Source: Acidimicrobiales bacterium (GTDB lineage: Bacteria; Actinomycetota; Acidimicrobiia; Acidimicrobiales; VFJN01). Taken from it: 64,000 nt of DNA. Shown here piece after piece: positions 40,827 through 49,628 of this stretch (position 1 is the stretch's first letter; each line of letters starts with the position of its first letter). A program made the translations under genes and the position numbers. The DNA lies in assembly GCA_035641315.1 (NCBI GenBank), contig DASQUK010000214.1, positions 2,353 through 66,352 on the forward strand. The letters are read 5' to 3'. Under the pieces are notes generated by a model that had not been told where the DNA came from, made no database searches, and saw only the letters and a list, made by a program, of their open reading frames with translations.

Positions 40827-42389
40827 TCAGCTGAGCCCGTGGACCGAGACGATGCCGTCGCCGGCCCGGATCGCGTCCTGCACCTCCGGGGGCGCCTCCA
40901 CGTCGGTGGCGATGACCTGGAGCGCCGCCTCCCCCCGCTCCGACCGGCCGAGGTGCATGTCGTCGATGTTGACGCCGGCGTCGGCCAGGACCCCGGCCAC
41001 GAAGGCGATCATCCCCGGTCTGTCGTCGTTGCGGACGACCAGCATGTGCTTCGCCGGCGGCAGGTCGATCGTGTGGCCGTCGAGCATCACGATGCGCGGC
41101 TCGCCCCGCAGGCCCACCAGGGTGCCGCCTATGGCGTGGTCGCCGCCCCGGATGGTCACGAGGTTGACGTAGTCGTGGGCGGTGGCCGTCGAGGTGTCCC
41201 GCACCTCCACCCCCCGCTCGGCGGCGATCAGTGGCGCGTTCACGTACGAGACCGGCTCGTCGGTCACCCGGCCGAACACTCCCTTCAGCACCGAGAGCGT
41301 GAGGATGCGGGTGTCGTAGTCGGCGAGCTGGCCCGCGTACTCCACCTCCAGCACCTCGGGCACGCCCTCGGCCAGGCGGCTGTACAGCTCGCCCAGGCGC
41401 TCTGCCAGCGGCAGGAACGGTCGCACGGTCTCCGAGGCCTCGGCGGCGCTCACGTTGACCGCGAACGGCACGAACTCGCCCGCCAGCGCCAGCGCCACCT
41501 GCTCGGCGATGGTCTCGCCGGCCTTGTCCTGGGCCTCCCGGGTGCTGGCGCCCAGGTGCGGCGTGACCACCACCTGCGGCAGGCCGAACAGCGGCGAGTC
41601 TGTGGTCGGCTCGGCGGCGAACACGTCGAGCGCCGCGCCCCCCACGTGACCGGCCCGGATGCCCTCGGCCAGGGCCGCCTCGTCGACGATGCCGCCCCGG
41701 GCCACGTTGATGATGCGGATGCCCGGCTTGGCGAGCGCGAGCAGGTCCTTGCCGATGAGCCCGGTCGTCTCCGGCGTCTTGGCCACGTGCAGTGTCACGA
41801 AGTCGGCCACCTGGACGAGGCGCTCGAGCGGTAGCAGCTCGACGGAGAGCTGCCGGGCCCGCTCCGGTGACACGAAGGGGTCGTAGGCGACCAGCCGCAT
41901 CCCGAACGCCAGCGCGCGCTGGGCAACGAGCTTGCCGATGCGGCCGAGACCCACGATCCCCAGGGTCTTGTCGGCGAGCTCGATGCCCTCCCACTTGGTG
42001 CGCTCCCAGCGCCCCTCGCTGAGGGCGCGGTGGGCTTGGGGGACGTTGCGGGCCTGTGCGAGGAGCAGGGCCATCGTGTGCTCGGCGGCCGACAGGATGT
42101 TCGACTGCGGCGCGTTGACCACCATGATCCCCCGCTGGGTGGCGGCCTCGACGTCCACGTTGTCGAGACCGATGCCCGCCCGGCCCACGACGGCGAGGTC
42201 GGTGCCGGCGTCGAGCACCTCTCGGGTCACCTGCGTGGCCGACCGGATGATCAGCGCCGCGGCGCCCGGGATCACCTCGATCAGCGCGTCGTGGTCCAGC
42301 CCCAGCCGGACGTCCACCACATGGCCGGCGTCACGGAGCTGCTGGAGCCCGCCGTCGGCGATCTTCTCGGTGACGAGGATGCGCGCCAT
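40827..42389 (-). CDS. serA: D-3-phosphoglycerate dehydrogenase (long form with ASB/ACT domains)
   Basis: MARILVTEKIADGGL...VVGRAGIGLDNVDVEAATQRGIMVVNAP...GIVGLGRIGKLVAQRA...; about 520 aa. Confidence 0.9.
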   Translation of the reverse strand: MARILVTEKIADGGLQQLRDAGHVVDVRLGLDHDALIEVIPGAAALIIRSATQVTREVLDAGTDLAVVGRAGIGLDNVDVEAATQRGIMVVNAPQSNILSAAEHTMALLLAQARNVPQAHRALSEGRWERTKWEGIELADKTLGIVGLGRIGKLVAQRALAFGMRLVAYDPFVSPERARQLSVELLPLERLVQVADFVTLHVAKTPETTGLIGKDLLALAKPGIRIINVARGGIVDEAALAEGIRAGHVGGAALDVFAAEPTTDSPLFGLPQVVVTPHLGASTREAQDKAGETIAEQVALALAGEFVPFAVNVSAAEASETVRPFLPLAERLGELYSRLAEGVPEVLEVEYAGQLADYDTRILTLSVLKGVFGRVTDEPVSYVNAPLIAAERGVEVRDTSTATAHDYVNLVTIRGGDHAIGGTLVGLRGEPRIVMLDGHTIDLPPAKHMLVVRNDDRPGMIAFVAGVLADAGVNIDDMHLGRSERGEAALQVIATDVEAPPEVQDAIRAGDGIVSVHGLS

Positions 42390-42554
42390 TACGAGGAGAG
42401 TACGAGTCGGTCGGAGACCGACGCCATCAGTAGCTGCGAGTCGGCCGTAGGCCGACGCCGCTAGGGGCGGTGGTCGGGGTCGGGCTGGAGGGTTGGGGGC
42501 GGGCCGGAGTGAGCCTTGACCGGCCTCGGCCGGCACAAGTCCTATCTACAACAT

Positions 42555-44609
42555 CTACAGGTTCTCCACCGTGACCGGCTCGATGCCCTCGGCCGCGGGC
42601 AGGTCGAAGCCGAAGACCTGGCCGTAGAACGACAGCTCGGCGTCGAGGGCCCGGCGGATGTTGGCGGCCTGGCGGAAGCCGTGCTGCTCGCCCTCGAACG
42701 TGACGTAGGCGACGGGGACCTTCTTGCTGCGGAGGGCATCGACGATCATCCGCGCCTGGTTGGGAGGCACGACCTCGTCCTCCAGGCCCTGGAGCACGAT
42801 GAGCGGGCGGTCGAAGCCGTCGACGTGGTGGATCGGCGAGCGCTCGATGTAGAGGTCGCGCCGGGCCGGGTAGGGCCCGATCAGCCCGTCCAGATAGCGG
42901 CTCTCGAACTTGTGGGTCTCCGTGGCCAGCGCCTCGAGGTCGGCGACGCCGAAGTGGCTGGCACCGGCGGCGAACGTGTCCCTGAACGCCAGGGCCGCCA
43001 GGGTCGTGTACCCACCGGCCGAGCCGCCCCGGATGGCCAGGCGCTCGGGGTCGACGCGGCTTTGATCTGCCAGCCAGCGGGCGGCGGCCACGCAGTCGTC
43101 GAGGTCGACGACACCCCAGGCGTCGTCCAGCTGGCGCATGTAGTCGCGGCCGTAGCCGGTCGAGCCGCCGTAGTTGACGTCGGCGACGGCGAAGCCGCGG
43201 CTGGTCCAGTACTGGATGCCGAGCTGCAGCATCGGCCGGGCCGCCGCCGTCGGGCCACCGTGGATGAGGACCAGCAGCGGCGGCTTCTCGCCAGCGGGTG
43301 GCTCGGCCTCGGGGTTGGTGGGCGGATAGAAGAGCGCGTGGGCCGTGCGCCCCCCGCTGGTGGGAAAGGCGATCGGCTCGGGGACCGAGAACCACCCCGG
43401 GTCGAGCCGCAGGTCCCGCGGCGGGCGGAGGATCTCGGGTGTTGCCGTCCCGAGAGGCACCCGAACCACGGCCGGCTCGGCGGTGGCGGATGCGCCGATG
43501 AAAACGACCCCGTCGCCGGCGCCCTCGACGGCGGCGATCGACGTGTAGGGCAGCTCGAGGTCGTCGGTCGAGCCGTCCGGGGCGGCGACGGCCAGATGGT
43601 CGAGCCCGTCGCTCTGGTAGGCGAACACGACCCGCCCGTCGGCGGTGAAGGCGTAGCGGGACTGGCCGAACACCCATTGGGGCACGCCGATCTCCGCTTC
43701 CATCTGGACGCGCGGCTCCACCTCGCCACCCGCCCAGCGGTAGAGGTTGCCCCAGCCGGTGCGGTCGGAAACGAACCACAGCGATCCGTCGGGATGCCAG
43801 CGGGGCTGGAACACCGACTCCCCGTCGCTCGTGCCGCCCGATGCCCGGTGGGGCCGACCGGCCACCACGGTGGGATTGGCGAGTCGGGGCCCGGTGTCGG
43901 TCCAGTCGACATCGGCCACGACCAGCTCGGTGCCGTCCCAGGGCATGTCGGGATGGTTCCACTGCAGCCAGCACAACCGGGGCCCGTCGGCTGCTAGCCG
44001 GGGATCGGACACGAAGTCCGGCCCGCTCACCAGCGCGCGGGGTTCGAGCTCGCCGGTCGTGTCGAACACGACGATCTCGTTGACGACGTCGGCGGGTGTG
44101 GCAAGCGGTGTGTCTCCCGCTCTTGCCGGCTCCGCCGGCGGGCCGCTCGGGCCCCGGCCGCCCGCCTCGGGGCGGCCTCTGGCCGGTGGATGGCGCTCGC
44201 GGACCACGAGCAGCCAGCGTCCGGAGGCGTCGAAGACGCCGCCGGCCCAGCGGTCCCCCCGGGGCGCCTCCGGCTCGGGCGAGACGGCACTGGGCATGGC
44301 CCGGGCCGTCAGCTGGTAGAGACGTTGGTCGTCCCAGTTCGCGAACCAGACGGTGTGGCGGCCGCGGACCCACCAAGCTCCGCCCCCGTACTCGTGGGCC
44401 GCGGTGCGGGCGTTGAAGCCCTGCGGCAGCAGGTCGACGGCCGGTCCGTCGCCCACCTTCTGGACGATCTGCGTGCGGCCGCCCTCCTCGGGTCGCAGCT
44501 CCGACCACCAGATGCTGTCGCCGTCGACGGTGACGGCACCGAGCGAGGCGGCCGCCCGGACCACGAGCTCCGACGTGATGGGGGTCGGCCATGAGCCGTA
44601 AGGCGCCAT
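42555..44609 (-). CDS. S9-family serine peptidase (prolyl oligopeptidase/acylaminoacyl-peptidase type)
   Basis: Beta-propeller N-half (MAPYGSWPTPITSELVV...), then a catalytic domain with GGSAGGYTTLAAL (nucleophile elbow) and EGEQHGF. ATG at 44609 preferred. Confidence 0.85.
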   Translation of the reverse strand: MAPYGSWPTPITSELVVRAAASLGAVTVDGDSIWWSELRPEEGGRTQIVQKVGDGPAVDLLPQGFNARTAAHEYGGGAWWVRGRHTVWFANWDDQRLYQLTARAMPSAVSPEPEAPRGDRWAGGVFDASGRWLLVVRERHPPARGRPEAGGRGPSGPPAEPARAGDTPLATPADVVNEIVVFDTTGELEPRALVSGPDFVSDPRLAADGPRLCWLQWNHPDMPWDGTELVVADVDWTDTGPRLANPTVVAGRPHRASGGTSDGESVFQPRWHPDGSLWFVSDRTGWGNLYRWAGGEVEPRVQMEAEIGVPQWVFGQSRYAFTADGRVVFAYQSDGLDHLAVAAPDGSTDDLELPYTSIAAVEGAGDGVVFIGASATAEPAVVRVPLGTATPEILRPPRDLRLDPGWFSVPEPIAFPTSGGRTAHALFYPPTNPEAEPPAGEKPPLLVLIHGGPTAAARPMLQLGIQYWTSRGFAVADVNYGGSTGYGRDYMRQLDDAWGVVDLDDCVAAARWLADQSRVDPERLAIRGGSAGGYTTLAALAFRDTFAAGASHFGVADLEALATETHKFESRYLDGLIGPYPARRDLYIERSPIHHVDGFDRPLIVLQGLEDEVVPPNQARMIVDALRSKKVPVAYVTFEGEQHGFRQAANIRRALDAELSFYGQVFGFDLPAAEGIEPVTVENL
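44116..44153 (+). repeat. REP-A element copy located inside the S9 peptidase coding sequence
   Basis: cccgctcttgccggctccgccggcgggccgctcgggcc; first hairpin GCCGGC-TCC-GCCGGC. Followed by ggccgccc-gcctcg-gggcggcc. Confidence 0.75.
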
Positions 44610-44634
44610 GGGCCGCAGGCTATGCCGCCAGCCT

Positions 44635-44726
44635 GAGGCAATACGTTCCGGCGGGAGATTGTGAGGCAATACGGTCCGGGGGGGTCCCTATTGCCTCGAC
44701 AGCGCCGGGCCAACCCTCATTGCCTC
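44635..44726. repeat. four copies of the 15-nt motif GAGGCAATAcGGTCC (two forward, two inverted)
   Basis: gaggcaatacgttcc 44635-44649; gaggcaatacggtcc 44663-44677; ggtccctattgcctc 44683-44697; aaccctcattgcctc 44712-44726. Spacing within each pair is 28-29 nt. Confidence 0.8.
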
Positions 44727-44746
44727 GCCTGGCCCGGACCCCCCGG

Positions 44747-45964
44747 CTACTCGGCGACGGCGAGGAGGTCCGCGATGCGGCGGCAGCCCTCGGCCAGGTC
44801 GTCGTCGCCCAGCGCGAACGACAGGCGGACATAGCCGGGCGCGTCGAACGCCTCGCCGGGCACGGCCGCCACCTTGGCGTGGTCGAGCAGCACCTCGCAC
44901 AGCTCGACGGTGTTGCCGGGCGTGTGCCCGCGGACGCTGCGTCCCACGTAGGCCGACAGGTTGGGGAAGGCGTAGAACGCACCCTGGGGCTCGAGCACGT
45001 GCACGTCGGGGATGGCCGACAGCAGCCGGTGCATGGTGCCTCCCCGGCGCTCGAAGGCCGCGCGCATCTCGGCGACCGCGTCGAGGTCGCCACCCACCGC
45101 CGCCAGGGCCGCCACCTGGGACACGTTGGCCACGTTGGACGTGGCGTGCGACTGCAGGTTGGCGGCGCCCTTGATCACGTCGAGCGGTCCCACCATCCAG
45201 CCCACCCGCCAACCGGTCATGGCGTAGGTCTTGGCCACGCCGTTGAGGACCACGCACCGCTCGGCCAGGTCGGGCACCAGGCTGGGCATCGACGTGAACG
45301 TGTGGTCGCCGTAGGTCAGGTGCTCGTAGATCTCGTCGGTGACCACCCAGATGCCCCGGTCGACGGCCCAGCGCCCGATCGCCTCGACCTCCGCCGGCGG
45401 ATAGACGGCGCCAGTGGGGTTGGAGGGCGATACGAACAGCAGCGCCTTGGTGCGGTCGGTCACGGCGGCGTCGAGCTGGTCGAGCGTCACCCGGAAGCCC
45501 GTGGACTCGTCGGTGGGCAGCACGACCGGCACGCCGCCGGTGAGGCGGATGGGCTCGGGGTAGGTGGTCCAGAACGGCGCCGGCAGCAACACCTCGTCGC
45601 CGGGGTCGAGCAGCGTGGCGAACGTGTTGTGCACGGCGTGCTTGGCCCCGTTGGTGACCAAGACCTGGGCGCCCTGCACGTCGTAGCCGGAGTCACGCTT
45701 GGTCTTGGCGGCGATGGCCTCGCGCAGCTCGGGCAACCCGGCCGCCGGGGTGTACTTGTGGTTGCGGGGGTTGCGGCACGCCTCCGCCGCGGCCTCGACG
45801 ATGTGGGCGGGGGTCGGGAAGTCGGGCTCTCCGGCGCCGAAGCCGATGACCGGCTCCCCCGCCGCCTTCAGCGCCTTGGCCTTGGCGTCGACGGCGAGCG
45901 TGGCCGACTCGGTGATGGCGGCGACCCGGGCTGAGATGCGACTGGAGGAGGTCGTGGAGGGCAA
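44747..45964 (-). CDS. aspC: aspartate/aromatic (class I PLP) aminotransferase
   Basis: [44 protein letters not shown]...; NPTGAVY; [15 protein letters not shown] at 45964 with AAGGAG 8 nt upstream avoids overlapping the divergent serC. Confidence 0.85.
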   Translation of the reverse strand: MPSTTSSSRISARVAAITESATLAVDAKAKALKAAGEPVIGFGAGEPDFPTPAHIVEAAAEACRNPRNHKYTPAAGLPELREAIAAKTKRDSGYDVQGAQVLVTNGAKHAVHNTFATLLDPGDEVLLPAPFWTTYPEPIRLTGGVPVVLPTDESTGFRVTLDQLDAAVTDRTKALLFVSPSNPTGAVYPPAEVEAIGRWAVDRGIWVVTDEIYEHLTYGDHTFTSMPSLVPDLAERCVVLNGVAKTYAMTGWRVGWMVGPLDVIKGAANLQSHATSNVANVSQVAALAAVGGDLDAVAEMRAAFERRGGTMHRLLSAIPDVHVLEPQGAFYAFPNLSAYVGRSVRGHTPGNTVELCEVLLDHAKVAAVPGEAFDAPGYVRLSFALGDDDLAEGCRRIADLLAVAE

Positions 45965-46007
45965 CTGGCTGGCTCCTTGTCTCGGACCGCCGCGATAGTG
46001 GCACGCG

Positions 46008-47135
46008 ATGACTCCCCCCATCCCGGACATAGCCATCCCGGCCGAGCTGCTGCCCGCCGACGGGCGGTTCGGCTCCGGGCCGTCCAAGGTGCGCCACGAG
46101 GCCGTCGAGGCGCTGGCGGCCACCGGCACCACCTACCTGGGAACGAGCCACCGCCAGGCCACGGCCCGGTTCACCGTGGCGGCCCTGCGCAACGGGATCG
46201 CCGAGCTGCTGTCGCTGCCCGACGGCTACGAGGTGGCGCTGGGCAACGGCGGCACCACCGCCTTCTGGGACGCGGCCACGTTCGGGTTGATCGACCAACG
46301 CAGCCAGCACCTGAGCTTCGGCGAGTTCTCGTCCAAGTTCGCCGCCTGTGCCGCCGCCGCCCCCCACCTGGGCGACCCCGAGATCATCGAGTCGGCGCCG
46401 GGCACGGTCCCCCAGTCCAAGGCCAACCCCGACGTCGACGCCTACTGCTTCACGCACAACGAGACGTCCACGGGCGTCGCCATGCCGCTGGTTCGGCCCG
46501 AGGGTGCCGGCGGCCTCGTGCTGGTCGATGCCACCTCGGCGGCCGGCGGCCTGCGGCTCGACGCAACGCAGGTCGACGCCTACTACTTCGCCCCCCAGAA
46601 GGGCCTGGCCTCGGACGGTGGCCTGTGGCTGGCCGCGCTGTCGCCCGCCGCCATCGAGCGGATCGAGCGCCTCTCGGCCCGCGACCGCTGGACGCCGGCG
46701 TTCCTCGACCTCGGCATCGCCCTGGACAACAGCCGCAAGGACCAGACGTACAACACCCCGGCCCTGGCGACGATCTTCCTGGCCGTGCAGCAGGTCGAAT
46801 GGATCCTGCACAACGGCGGCCTGCCGTTCGCCGCCGGGCGCTGCGACCGGTCGGCGGAGAGCCTGTACGGCTGGGCCGAGTCCCGTGACTACGCGACGCC
46901 GTTCGTGACGGATCCAGCCATCCGCAGCCACGTCGTGGCCACCATCGACCTCGACGACGCGGTGCCCGCCACCACCGTCAGCGCGGTGCTGCGCCAGAAC
47001 CTCGTGATCGACACCGAGAGCTACCGGAAGTTGGGCCGCAACCAGTTGCGGATCGCGATGTACCCCGCCATCGACCCCGACGACATCGAGGCACTTACGC
47101 ACTGCATCGACTACGTGGTCGAGCGAGTGGCTTGA
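46008..47135 (+). CDS. serC: phosphoserine aminotransferase (actinobacterial SerC type)
   Basis: [20 protein letters not shown]...[10 protein letters not shown]...HNETSTGV...[16 protein letters not shown]. Confidence 0.9.
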   Translation: MTPPIPDIAIPAELLPADGRFGSGPSKVRHEAVEALAATGTTYLGTSHRQATARFTVAALRNGIAELLSLPDGYEVALGNGGTTAFWDAATFGLIDQRSQHLSFGEFSSKFAACAAAAPHLGDPEIIESAPGTVPQSKANPDVDAYCFTHNETSTGVAMPLVRPEGAGGLVLVDATSAAGGLRLDATQVDAYYFAPQKGLASDGGLWLAALSPAAIERIERLSARDRWTPAFLDLGIALDNSRKDQTYNTPALATIFLAVQQVEWILHNGGLPFAAGRCDRSAESLYGWAESRDYATPFVTDPAIRSHVVATIDLDDAVPATTVSAVLRQNLVIDTESYRKLGRNQLRIAMYPAIDPDDIEALTHCIDYVVERVA

Positions 47136-47148
47136 ATCGGGCGGGCGC

Positions 47149-47928
47149 TCACGGACCGGCAGTGATCCGGTCCCTGAGCTCGGCGACCCAGTCGCCCTCG
47201 GGCCAGCAACCCTCGACCAGCCAGGTGGCTCCGGCGGCCGCGTACTCATGGGCCGGTACCCCGGGCGCCCACATCGCGACCACCTCCCAGCCGGTCGGCC
47301 GCTCGACACCGGCGAGGTAGCTCCGCAGCTCCTGGGGCGTGGGTGGCCCGAACCCGGTCAGGGGAACCACGCCATCCCAGCGAACGGCCCGCGCGAGCGG
47401 CCGGCGGTGGGGCGCGATCGCCGCCACCCAGATGGGCGGGCGGGGGCGCTGGACCGGCCGGGGCAGCAACTCGGTGTCGACCCGGTAGTGCACCCCCTCG
47501 TGGGCCACCGGTCCCCGCAACAGTCCGTCGAGGACCGTCAGCGCCTCGTCGAGCATGGCCGCTCGCTGGCGGTGGTCGGCGGGCTCGCCGAACGCCGCGA
47601 AGTCGTCGTCGGATGGCTCACCGACGCCGACGCCCAACACCGACCGCCCGCCGCTGAGGTGGTCGAGCGTTGTCAGATGCCTGGCAACCATCCAGGGGCG
47701 GCGCCGGGCCAGCGGCGTCACCAGGGTGCCGAGCCGCACCCGCTCGGTCGCCTGGGCCATGGCCCCGAGCAGCACCCAGGGGTCGTGCACATCGAGCCGC
47801 GACTGCCGCTGGAACACCAGGTGGTCCCACAGGAACACGCCGTCCCATCCGGCCCGCTCGGCCTCGACGGCCAGGTCGACCAGGGTGGCGGCGTCGCTGA
47901 ACGGCGGGAGGCTCACGGCGATGTGCAT
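47149..47928 (-). CDS. luciferase-like monooxygenase (LLM) class, probably F420-dependent, oxidoreductase
   Basis: AERAGWDGVFLWDHL...RVRLGTLVTPLARRRPWMVARHLTTLDHLSGGRSVLGVGVG. ATG at 47928. Confidence 0.7.
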   Translation of the reverse strand: MHIAVSLPPFSDAATLVDLAVEAERAGWDGVFLWDHLVFQRQSRLDVHDPWVLLGAMAQATERVRLGTLVTPLARRRPWMVARHLTTLDHLSGGRSVLGVGVGEPSDDDFAAFGEPADHRQRAAMLDEALTVLDGLLRGPVAHEGVHYRVDTELLPRPVQRPRPPIWVAAIAPHRRPLARAVRWDGVVPLTGFGPPTPQELRSYLAGVERPTGWEVVAMWAPGVPAHEYAAAGATWLVEGCWPEGDWVAELRDRITAGP

Positions 47929-47992
47929 GATTGGACCGTACGCTCGAGCGTGACCGCGGACCCGGGTGCGCGCGGGATGGTGGACTGGGGGC

Positions 47993-48907
47993 ATGCGCTT
48001 CTCCATCTGGCCGTCCGCCAACCAGCCCTGGGGCGAGATCCTGGCCACCGCCAGCTATGCCGAGGCCACCGGCTGGGACGGGGTATGGATCGCCGACCAC
48101 TTCATGCCCGACGTCGACGGGCCGTTCCCGCTCGAGACTCCGACGCTAGAGGCAGGATCGCTGGTGGCGGCCCTGGCGGCCGCCGTTCCCCGGGTGCGGA
48201 TCGGCACCCTCGTCTACGGCAACACCTACCGCCACCCCGCCGTCGTGGCCAACATGGCGGTCACCACCGACCACGTGAGCGGCGGCCGGTTCACGCTCGG
48301 CATCGGCGCCGGCTGGCAGCGCAACGAGCACGCCGCCTACGGCATCGACTTCCCATCGGCGGGCGCCCGCGTCGACCGCTTGGCCGAGGCGGTCGAGGCC
48401 ATCCACGGGCTGCTGCGCAACCCGCGCACCACCTTCAAGGGGCGCTACTACGAGATCACCGACGCCCTGTGCGAACCCAAACCGGTCCAGGATCCGTTGC
48501 CGATCCTGGTGGGCGGCAGCGGCGACCGCCTGCTGGGCGTCGCCGCCCGCTGGGCCGACGCCTGGAACACCTGGGGTCAACCCGACCACATCGCCGAGCG
48601 GTCGGCGGCGCTGTCCCGGGCCTGCGAACGGGTGGGCCGCGACTCCGACGCCATCGCCAGGACGGCCCAGGCCCTGGTGTTCATGGCCGACACCGACATG
48701 GACCCCACCACCATCGAGCGCCAGGTCGAGCGGGCGCCGATGCCGGCGATCGGCGGAACCGTCGAACAGCTCCGGGACGTGGTGGCGGCCTACGCCCAGG
48801 CCGGCCTGGACGAGCTGATCGTGCCCGACCGCTCGCTCGGGCAGGGCACGCCCAAGCTCGAGCGCATGGACCGCTTGATCGAGGAGGTGGCGCCGGCCTT
48901 CCGGTGA
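47993..48907 (+). CDS. LLM-class F420-dependent oxidoreductase
   Basis: MRFSIWPS...AEATGWDGVWIADHF...RVRIGTLVYGNTYRHPAVVANMAVTTDHVSGGRFTLGIGAGWQ. Confidence 0.8.
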   Translation: MRFSIWPSANQPWGEILATASYAEATGWDGVWIADHFMPDVDGPFPLETPTLEAGSLVAALAAAVPRVRIGTLVYGNTYRHPAVVANMAVTTDHVSGGRFTLGIGAGWQRNEHAAYGIDFPSAGARVDRLAEAVEAIHGLLRNPRTTFKGRYYEITDALCEPKPVQDPLPILVGGSGDRLLGVAARWADAWNTWGQPDHIAERSAALSRACERVGRDSDAIARTAQALVFMADTDMDPTTIERQVERAPMPAIGGTVEQLRDVVAAYAQAGLDELIVPDRSLGQGTPKLERMDRLIEEVAPAFR

Positions 48908-48925
48908 GCCGGCCGTCGCCCACGG

Positions 48926-49522
48926 CTACCGGGCCGCCCGCTGCACCTTCCGCCAGACGCCCCGGTACGCCTCGATCCCGTCGAACGCCAGCCCGCGCTC
49001 GGGCCCGGCGGCGATGGCCACACGCTCGGGCACCGTGCCCCAGACCCGCGCACCAGCATCGTCCCAGTCGGCCAGGGCATCCTGGTAGTCGCGCGTGAAC
49101 GTGCGCGCCGAGCAGATCACGAGGCCGGTCGGGGTCCCTTCGGGCACCAGGTCGAGCACGGCCTGCGCCCGGGCCGGCTCGATTCCCCCGACACGGGTGG
49201 GCACGACGACGACCGAGGCCCGGTCCAGCGCCTTGGCGGTCAGCCGCTCGTGGCCCGGCGGCGTGTCGACGATCGCCACGTGATCGGGACCGACCTTGTC
49301 GAGGGCCTTGGTGAGCAGGCGGTCGGTGGGCGCCTCCACCAGGTCGAGCCGCTGCAGCCGCTCGTCGGTGGCCTCCTCGACCCACTCGGCGGCGCTGGCC
49401 TGCGAGTCGGCGTCCACGAGTACGACGCCCCGACGGTCGGAGGCGGCAGCCAGGGCGGCCAGGTACACGGACGTGGTGGTCTTGCCCACGCCACCCTTGA
49501 GCGCAGCGGAGACGACGATCAC
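48926..49522 (-). CDS. small orphan ParA/MinD-like ATPase
   Basis: Deviant Walker A KGGVGKTTTS; Walker B-like VLVDAD and IVDTPP. No parB-like partner is visible nearby. Confidence 0.8.
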   Translation of the reverse strand: MIVVSAALKGGVGKTTTSVYLAALAAASDRRGVVLVDADSQASAAEWVEEATDERLQRLDLVEAPTDRLLTKALDKVGPDHVAIVDTPPGHERLTAKALDRASVVVVPTRVGGIEPARAQAVLDLVPEGTPTGLVICSARTFTRDYQDALADWDDAGARVWGTVPERVAIAAGPERGLAFDGIEAYRGVWRKVQRAAR

Positions 49523-49628
49523 AGCGTTCCCCTCCCCAGGACGGTCGGGTGGTCGGCAGCCAGACTATCCGGGTGGGCCTCTAGGCTCGCCGGTCGACCA
49601 CGTGTTGCCACCAGGAGGGGGACAGACG

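Noticed and set aside
42390-42554. Leader, riboswitch or T-box upstream of serA (also checked upstream of gltX at 9808-9886)
   Set aside because: I found no mini-ORF enriched in a cognate amino acid, no terminator/anti-terminator pair and no recognisable T-box or riboswitch core. These are left as ordinary promoter regions.
44116-44184. REP-A insertion taken as evidence that the S9 peptidase is a pseudogene
   Set aside because: The reading frame stays open across the element and the downstream catalytic motifs (GGSAGG, EGEQHGF) are intact. It is reported instead as an in-frame insertion that needs checking.
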